From Tubiluchus corallicola (taxonomy: Eukaryota > Animalia > Priapulida), in the NCBI GenBank assembly GCA_030141605.1, contig JAQGDQ010001442.1:1-40902 (forward strand): a DNA stretch of 40,902 nt. Direction: 5' to 3'. A program made the position numbers and the translations under genes. The notes below the pieces were generated by a model. The model made no database searches and was not told where the DNA came from. It saw only the letters and a program-made list of their open reading frames with translations. Positions 1 to 40,902 of this stretch are shown here, piece by piece (positions within the stretch are counted from its first letter, which is position 1; every line of letters starts with the position of its first letter).

Positions 1-10
1 AATTTTTTAT

Positions 11-340
11 AGGAATTACAGGGATATAATCGAATTTTTAATATAATTTTCACCGAATGTAACAATTATTAAAAAATAACTTTGATATATGAAAGTTTCA
101 CCGAATTCTACAGTGTTGATAGTGTACAACAGTAGTGATTAGAGCCATCTAGGAAAACAGGATATTGTAAAATTACAGGAATTATAGGGAAATATTCGAA
201 TTTTTAATATAATAATACAATTAATAAAAAATAACTTTGATATATGGAAGTTTCACCGATTTCTGCAGTGTTGGTAGTGTACAACAGTAGTGACTAGAGC
301 CGTCTAGGAAAACAGGATATTGTAAAATTACAGGAATTAC
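11..340. repeat. About 155-bp tandem duplication (just over 2 copies)
   Basis: GGAAAACAGGATATTGTAAAATTACAGGAATTA recurs at 152 and 307. Confidence 0.85.
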
Positions 341-372
341 TAACCGATAACTAAAATTGTTAACAAACTCAC

Positions 373-32339
<31,967 letters not shown>

Positions 32340-32475
32340 GTTTGTTCAACTTGTTACAGTCAATATTTTAATATCACTAGTGATCAGAGTAAGAGTAACA
32401 GTAACACTAGTGATCAGAGTAAGAGTAACAGTAACACTAGTGATGAGAGTAACTTGTCGCACTCCAGTTAGTAAT
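32340..32475 (-). other. Probable 5' UTR part of VPS15 coding exon 1, containing about 2.5 copies of a 30-bp repeat
   Basis: Acceptor-like tttgtgttgcag immediately upstream (AG at 32477-32476); no upstream ATG in this stretch; implies a non-coding exon further right. Confidence 0.5.
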
Positions 32476-32550
32476 CTGCAACACAAACATAATCATTACA
32501 TTTTATTTTTATGTATTCCTCAGAAATATCAGCTTGGCATGTCTTCAGCC

Positions 32551-33032
32551 CAGGGGTGTGCAAATTGCGACCCGCCGAGAGAATTTGTGCAGCCCACGAA
32601 GAGATTTGTCTACCTAACGAAAGTACGAGCCAGGCGATTAATTGAGTGTATCCAGCTAAAGTCCGTACCACGATCCCAAAGATTGCGCGGGTAGTTTTTT
32701 CTACTAGATCGGATGCCATTAACCCTTACAAGACGGTTGTAGCTTAATAACACTGTACTACACAGACTGTGTGCTACACATTACTAATATGCATTGTAAT
32801 GAAATTACCACTATCTGTCCCGAAAGTAGAAATATATGGTTTGTAATATAAATTTTAATAACTTTTAAAATAGTTTCTTGAGTGTAGCAGTAATGATGTA
32901 CGCAGGTCGGATGCAAAAAAATCGTTATTAGGTCTTTCTGTACTTGGCTCCTTGATCAAACTGCCTGTGTCCCGCAGGAATTGCGGGAATGTTTAATGTG
33001 GCCTGACTAGTCAGATAATTTGCACACCCCAG
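32551..33032. mobile_element. hAT MITE, copy C
   Basis: Same TIR and body as copies A and B; TSD CTTCAGCC/CTTTAGCC with one mismatch. A lone terminal fragment also sits at about 31410-31435. Confidence 0.9.
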
Positions 33033-33040
33033 CTTTAGCC

Positions 33041-33670
33041 CATATACAGAATGTGTAGCAATAGGTAAGCTATTCCAGAGACATGCAGTACAGACAGAAA
33101 AAGCTTTTTCACCATAGAATACTATATCAGGGATTGGCTGATGCAAATTAATTTGTTCATTATCATTAGAATGAAGTGTTTGACTTATGTTGCAGCGTAT
33201 TAAAAGATCAGTAAGGCAGGCAGGTGCCAAACCACGTAGTATTTTGTAGGTGATACAAAGAATTTTAAACTGAATTCGGAACTTTATCGGCTACCAATGT
33301 AACTCTCTTAGAATGGGTGCAATGTGATCATATTTTCTAGTTTTCATAATGAGACGGGCAGCAGAGTTCTGAATTAGTTGGAGTTTGCAATTTTCATGTT
33401 CAGGGAGTCCAAAAATAAACTATTGCAATAATCAAGTTTGGACGTTATGAAGGCATGTACGAGTTTTTCAGTTGTTTGGTGGTTGAAAATATGTCTAACT
33501 TTTCCAATTTTCCACAAAATCAATGATACTGACCAACTAAGGTTTGCTGTACATGGTTTGACATAGTAGTATAAAAAAGTGTCAAAAGTTACTTAAGATT
33601 TTTTACAATTTCAGAAGGCATGACACTGACGTGACCAAGATGATTTTACCATACAGATATCTATTAAAAT
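33041..33670 (-). mobile_element. Decayed L2/CR1-group LINE ORF2 C-terminal fragment
   Basis: KLVHAFITSKLDYCNSL, LQLIQNSAARLI..TRKYDHIAPILRELHW, FKILCITYK..GLAP and YGEKAFS...LWNSLP, with stops and frameshifts. Confidence 0.9.
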
Positions 33671-35515
33671 GCATCTCAAAACAGTGGTAAAATGCTACAT
33701 ATTTTAGGTTATTTGGGGCTACAGCGTCATATCAAACAATGATTTCAAATAAACTACGCGTTGTACATAATCAAGTAGACAAGCAGTTACGTGCAATCAA
33801 GCAAGCGATAATTCAAGTAGCATAACAGGTGACATTTTTTGCGCAGCCTGGCTTTGCATAAAAAAGTAATGACATTGCCAATTGTGAATGGACAGATTCC
33901 GCATGCAGCCACGCCTTGGAAGACAAGAAAATGGGTATGCGAAGTAGGTTTCAGGAAAATTACCTTAAAAAATTATATTACTTTACAGAAATTTTACGCA
34001 CATATCGCACTTGCGTTGAAAGGATTTTTTGTTTGTTTTCATTTTAAATTTCCTGTGACACTGTTCCGATCACGTGATAACATGACCATATACGCACAAC
34101 ATAAATCAGGGAAAGAAAGGTAAATGTTAAACTATGTCCCAAAAAAACTTTCCATGCAAAGTTATGTTACTTAGCATTTCGCTTACCCCTTGAAAGACTT
34201 ATGTAACTAGAAAAAAATGATAAATTATTTAAAACGTTTTCACCAACTAGTAAAATGTTGATGACTCACCCTCCAGGGTGGTCTACTCATCCTCTGATTA
34301 TTTTTTCAAACTATACAATGTTATCTAAACTTGTTTCAAATGACTTCAAAATGGCTGCACCTAACGGTCATTGCGGGAGTTTAAATTCACATTTTATGAA
34401 GCGATATTGCTGGCGCAAGTCTAATATGCAAAAAGGCTGTATGTAAGTGGTATAAAATTTCAAGACGAATTTTTACAGCTTTACGTAAGAGGGTTTTCTT
34501 GTGCTTTAAGCACCCTGTCCAAAATGTAATGCATGTGAAGTTCACATTGGATATTACCATGAATGCGTTCAGCTGCGCGGCTAAATAATGATGATTTCAC
34601 GAAATGTATAGCCTACCACGATATTGCAATATGAGCGTAAAACTTTAGCCAATATTAGCTGCCCTCCAGCAAATTATATTAGCTGCAATTGCTGGATTAT
34701 TTGAAAAATTTATGTGCATGTATGGACTGCAAGCCACAGCTGACCATTTATTTTAAAAGGCCACCATCTTATAATGTCTCATATTTTGTCAATAGATGTC
34801 ATTATGGATTCACGCAATACGAAACGTACTATTAACAAATGTAGTGAGTCACGAAAAACTATCTACAAAAACTTAACATACATGTAACATAAGATAACAC
34901 TACATTTAGACTCCTTTGTTAAGTCCAGTTTTCAGTTTAGAACTAGAAGCCATGACTACTGCTGCAATTCTGACTTAAGTGTAAGTTGTAACAGATTTTG
35001 GAACCAAGTCTGGGTATAAAGACCAAAAAGCATCGTGTACGCCAAAGGCTGAAATAATGAGTAGTTGTAAAATTGCATTGATAAAAATATCTACGAGTGA
35101 CCATTTGAGAACATACAATATAATATTTTGATGATTTCTACGAATTTCCACATGACTTTGTTGATGTTTCCTTGTGACATCTAGTGGCCAACTTTTGAAC
35201 TATTAGTTCTGTTTACATGTTCGACTGAGTGGCGCCAGTTCTTGACGTAATAAAATAGTGCTTAAACAAGATTAACAAAATTTAGTAACACAGCAACTGT
35301 TTTCAATTTCATTTTTGGCATCTTACTACAAATCCTAAGGTACAAGTACAGCTCAGTTTAAATTGTATTACATTTGCAATATACCTAAAATATAAATGGC
35401 AGAACGAAATAGTCCGGTTTGCGCGCAATATTATTAACGAGTGAGTAATTTGGCCTGTGGACTGTCATTAATTTTAGTTTTATTTTGCGTAAAAAATGTT
35501 TTGTTAAATTGTGCT

Positions 35516-36712
35516 TGAAGCTTTAAAAGTAAGAGTTTTTAGCTTTTGTATTGTTTTTACTATATTTGCTGTCTAATACTGTACCAAACAAATGCTATGA
35601 TACGTGTCGGCAAGGATTTGAAGTAAGAATTTAAACTTGAAGTAGCACTTGTTCAAATAGCTATAACTCATAAAGTAGATCCTTAATTCCCCACATTATC
35701 TGACACGGTGTCTAGGTGTAGTGGTACCTGCCTGCAGTTGTAGAGAGCATGTGCAGTTTTTTCTTTTAATTTTCTTTTATTATTTCACTCTTCTTAAATC
35801 GCGAGTTAAGGCAGTGACTGTGACTACAGTTTTTGACTCTTCGGTTCTTGATGAAGAACAGACCTGTATTACTGGACCAAATATGAATGTACACTTTTAG
35901 TTTTAGGGCATACATAAAAATTTTTTAGGAAAAAACCAGCCGATCAGCCAAGGAGAAATTAAGTTCGTTTCATCTTCCAACAGGAATTTCTCCTTAAAGA
36001 CTAGAGTCTAGACATAAACATAGACATTTTATTTATCTCCTCATTTACACCAGTATACAAATTGACTACTATTGTTATAGTTATTGATTAAAAAGGATAA
36101 ATTAAGCATAAAGGAAAGAGTTAGGGGGGTGCAGGAGAAAGGGTAGTGAAAGACCAATTGGTCATCGAGTCAGCTACCCTTCTCAGGTTAGTGTAGATTG
36201 TAAAAAATTTGTAGTGCTGCTGTTAACATGAATTTATGGGGAAATACATTAAACATGAAAGCGAAATAACTAAATAAGCTATGCAACAAAGAAATAAAAT
36301 GAAAAATATGAAATGATGATTAACAAAATATGTAAAGCATTTAACTAACTGATTAAAACATAAAACAAACTAGAAAGAAGTCAAACCAAAAAAATAAATA
36401 AATAAAACTTAAATAATAAATCAGTGAATGAAACAAAATATGCATGATAAAACTCAAACAAAATATAATGAAACAAAAATATGCAGCCGTGTTAATCATA
36501 TTATGTTAAGCATAATGATAAAGTACTATGGAACGCAAGAACTAGTGCAGAAAAATGGAGCAAACAAAATATGTAGTGAAATATGAGTATGTGACTAAAT
36601 AGACAATATGGCACAAAAATATAATAAAATCTAATGATAACTGTGAAACAGTGAACAAAATAATTATAATAAAGTGAATATATATGAAGTGAGAAAAGCA
36701 TAATATGTAAGT
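35516..36712 (-). repeat. Inverted copy of 18152-19283
   Basis: Reverse-complement match. Confidence 0.92.
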
Positions 36713-39662
36713 GGAGCAGGCAAAATTATAAAAAATTATGTATGAGAAAAAAGTGTTGTAGCTGCTGGATTTGTTTGGAGATTATTGTTTACCTTCCCTT
36801 TTCATAGCTGCAAAGAAACAATAATAACAATTTTACACTTTGATGAGAAGATGCACTATGATAATATAATTCTAGTTAATAGATTAGCTCAAGGGTAGTA
36901 CATTAAAACTAACACAGAAGATTTATTAGATTTGATGTTAGCAGAAAAGTCACACATGGTAATTAGAAATAAGAAAGGATTTATAGTTAATTATCAATTA
37001 GCTAAAGGTGCCATTTTTTAGTTCATTAGACAGACTGTTCCACAACAAAGCACCTTGATAAGATAGAGATTTTTGGCCTTTGTTGGTATTAAATCTTTGT
37101 ACATAGAAAATTTGGTTAGTGGCAATTCGTGTATGATACTTGTGCATCTGGAATGTAGACTTGAGGTCAAAGTTTATCAGAGAGTTGTGTCTGGATAGTT
37201 GACATTTTCTGCATTAGCTGATTTCACACAAGTGATACTGTACTTTGGTACAGTGCAAACACTGCAGTTACTGAAAGCTTTTTCAAATTTTTCTGTTATA
37301 ACTCATAACTCGACTTTTTAATTTGTCTAAGGTAAACATTTCATATATAATTTTATATGAAAGCCCATTGTTGAGGAGTAGAAACCTACAAAAATTATCA
37401 AATATAATGTAACTGATGGATAGTGAGAACAGTTTTTCATGAACGCATGCAAAATGCATCAAACCCTTACAGTTCTGATGGAGTTATACTTGTACGGAAC
37501 CAAAGCACTTGACGGAACTGTGCGGTTCACAGCCCAGCATTTTGCATTTCACAGGTCCCAGCAATGTGGTGCTTGAGATCAAATGGTTTGGTATCAAAAT
37601 TTGTTAAAACATTCATGTAATTAGTTAGTTACTGCTTAGTATGCACTGCAAAGGTTTTAATGAACTTTAGAAACAAAGTAATGCCTGAATTCCTTTGTTT
37701 AGTAAAAATTAAAAAAAGAAATATTTTATAATATTAATTTATATAACTAAATTAGCAATAAATCAAAAAGTATACTTTTCTAAATCATTGACTTTTTAAG
37801 TCTGCTTATTTGCAAAAATTACAAAAATTCCTTCGAAGTCGGCTGTTTCATTTTCTCGCAGAAAACTTGGCTCACAAAGTTGTTGTTGTAACAATGTTGA
37901 AAATATTGGCTACACTAGTGGTAATCGGCTCACTAAACTGTTGAGCTAACCGTGCCATGAAAATGGGCAAATTTAATAAGAAAATGTAGAAGAATGTGAA
38001 AAGAACAAATTTAAAAGTTAAAATTTACAGCAGAAATTTTGATGTGTTTAGCGTATATAATGTTATGATCAAATTATTTATTGCAGCAACCACATTTTCT
38101 TCAATTGCCTTTCTAATGAGTCTTTTCAAGCAACAACTTTATAAATAGCATATGGTATATATAATAAGTTTGGGACGAGTTTATACTTCGTATAATTGTA
38201 ATCGTGGTTATTATCATTTTTCCTATCATCATCACTAGATCAGATGTTGTTTTTGTTTATACTCCCGCTGTTATTGTTGCCACAGCATTTACTGTTGTTG
38301 TTAATGTCATTGCTGTTGTTCTGATAGTGATAAGAATGATGACAAAAAGTCATTGTTATTTAAAACAGGCTGCACCCATTTTTAAAATTTTCAAAAGAAG
38401 ACAGGATAATTTTTTTATACTACCCCATTCTCAAGTCCAATAAAAAATATGCATTTTAGCATCATTAATACTATAAAAGTATTTCTAGTAAATAAATAAT
38501 AGATTAAAAATTTAGTTAACGGTGGGCAAACCCAACTAGTGATGACATCACAAACTGACATAATATTCGACATCAAAAATATTCCACAAGCGTGTTGCCC
38601 GTGCTTGCAAAAGCAAAAATTGAAATGCAGGCTACTGTGAGAGATTCAGTGTGTTGTATTAAAACTAGACAAGTTTTAAGATAAAATTTTAAATTTACCG
38701 CTGCTCTCACGCATGAGCCGTCGAACATGTATAGTTCGTCACAAACTAACATAACTGACCTGTTTTTGTGCAATGCGTTTCCGAAATGCAGGCGCTAGTG
38801 CCCTTCTAACTAGCAAATGGCAAAATTCGTGTAACAGCGAAGAACTAGTGTCGTTAACGTGAATTTGTGTTTGTGTGGTAATAATTGTTTTACGCAAGTT
38901 CATTCTTTAAAAAATAGTGCATTTCCTTTCAGTATTTTAAAGAATAGGTTATTTTGAACTACAGTTTAAGATTGGATCCAGTTTTGCTTTAAATGTTTTG
39001 TAGAGGTGCCTTAGTAGCTAGTAGTTGCTAACCACTGACTGTTTACTAAACAATTGGTTGCTCATCATCAACAATCAACATACTTTAAGCACCCAGCCTA
39101 TTATCCTATGGGGAACGTGACGCATAATGCTGAGTTAGATGCTTTAATGGGTTATTAGCTTAATGTGGCTGACTCACAGCTGCCCGGTTAAGTAATATTG
39201 ATTGATTCGGGATGCTGGGCTGGCTGTTATTTATTAGGTTGTGCTGCATATGAGTTACAGAACTCTGCGTGCGTGTGCCTTTCTGAACAAAAGTAGAAAC
39301 ATGTGAGTTTTTTCTTGTCAAACTCTAGTTCTTTAGTTAGTTAACTATGACGAAAATTTTTCAGTTGTTTGAACTTCTTCTTTACAGGATGTGTTCGACT
39401 AAACAGAGTTTTATGTGTGATTGCTTATTTTTCTCAGAAAAAATACTCTATGGCTTGCGCAGTATATAGGGGTGTTTAAGCTCTTTTTGGAAATTTTTTC
39501 GTATGAGGCGAGGCTGGCCATGAAAGAATTTGTTCCTGTCTCACTTCATGAGCTGAAACGATGTCAAGTGGGGGGGGGGAGAGGGAGGGAAACATTTTCA
39601 AAAAAAGTTGTTTTAATTCTTCGCGAATGATTAAAGCTGAATCGTGAAATATTTAAAATCAT

Positions 39663-40902
39663 TTGAAATCAAAGTTTGTTTATTTCCCACTGGTTTGCAA
39701 TAATGTTTTAAATTTTTTCAATGCGCATTTTTTCACGCTTTGTTTTTTAGTTTGCATTACTAATTATTGTATAATTATTGATTATTGTACAGTCTCTTGA
39801 TTATCGTTCTGATAATTATGGTATAAGCGGCAACACTACTTGGCCGTTAATACTCCGATTTGGCGGAAAATTTGATACTTTTTAGCCTCCAGTGCAATGA
39901 ACATCACACAAAATGGCAATCCTGGCCAAGAGTTAGGCATGGAAAAACATGACCATGTTGTGCGTTCCCCGAAAGAAGGATCTTGTAATAATTATCGGGT
40001 TTTATGTTTTAAATTAAAAAATGTGCATTCACATAACTGCGTCAAGTGTGTATATGAATGTACAAAAAAATTTTGCAAAATTGCCAGCTCCGTGCGCGAC
40101 TAAAGAAAAATTGCCTGGACGATTAGATGGAAACAGAAGTATTTTTATTATCGGGAGGAAAAAGAGCATAATTTTGGACAATTCTTTTTGGTACATTTTG
40201 CGATATAAACGCTCCATTTTTTGCGATGGCCGTTTCCAAGGTTTCTGAGTTTTGACTCTGAAAGTTACAAATGGTAAAGTTGAAGTTGCCGTGGCACATG
40301 AAGAAATGTGTAACTACTTACAACACAGTTGTTTTTATTTAATGAGTTACTAGTTAAATTGAAGAAATTTATCAGCAGGACTTGTTCTCAGTTACAGAAA
40401 GATGCAAAAGTTGTTGAGTGTGTAATATTAACTAGTTAATGCAGTACAAAGTTTTGGTTAGAACAAAATTGAGACTTGGTTAAGATGCTCAAGTTGCAGT
40501 TACTATGACATATTCGATGGAATTGTAGACGTAAGTTGTGGTTGTGGAAATGGATGAGTTGTCACAGTACTAGGTGGTGCTTGGTGATCTAAGTTAAGCA
40601 ATGGTGAGTTTAATCAGTAACTGGATGGGTGCCTAGTGACCACTGGGAAAGCTGCTTTTAGAGAACTCCATCTGCCATACTGCTGTTTAGTTACTTAACT
40701 CATTAGCAGGAAATGAATACATCTAATGCATCTAAGTGTTGCTAGCACATTTACTGGTTCAATAATTAGAGACGATTATCAAGAGACTATACAATAATCA
40801 ATAATTATCCGATAATTTAGTAATGCGAAACTAAAAAACAAAGCGTGAAAAATTTAAAGCATTACTGCTAACCAGTGGGAAATAAACAAACTTTGATTTC
40901 AA
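39663..40902. repeat. Inverted repeat pair (39663-39819 / 40762-40902, right arm cut by the window edge), probably a MITE or foldback element
   Basis: TTGAAATCAAAGTTTGTTTATTTCCCACTGGTT and TTTCACGCTTTGTTTTTTAGTTT...GATTATTGTACAGTCTCTTGAT recur as reverse complements. Confidence 0.8.

Noticed and set aside
39421-40248. Short ORFs as exons of a neighbouring gene
   Set aside because: No recognisable protein motif or coherent splice pattern; they lie within or beside the inverted-repeat element.

Overview
AT-rich, repeat-dense eukaryotic (invertebrate animal-like) genomic DNA, not prokaryotic. The window is dominated by the 5' part of a PIK3R4/VPS15 gene on the minus strand. I reconstructed 20 coding exons by hand, from ATG 32339 to 373. 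All have GT-AG boundaries and consistent phases, giving 781 codons (MGNQLAG... pseudokinase plus HEAT region); the gene runs off the left edge before the WD40 domain. An intronless, divergent class A GPCR (3919-4983, +) is nested antisense in intron 17. The introns are filled with minisatellites, microsatellites, MITEs (hAT, piggyBac, Tc1/pogo-like), LINE remnants and a tRNA-derived SINE. Best leads: (1) a short RTE-derived element with a 21-bp TSD whose 5' end falls at the cleavage site of a degenerate twister-ribozyme-like motif; (2) tandem duplications anchored on splice sites, including a partial exon copy with only synonymous differences and seven decoy donors; (3) a 125-bp-arm foldback palindrome; (4) a 1.1-kb inverted duplication bracketing exons 1-9. 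Most long ORFs in the supplied track are repeat artefacts. I see no clearly new multi-gene system. Family assignments come from recalled motifs, not database searches.
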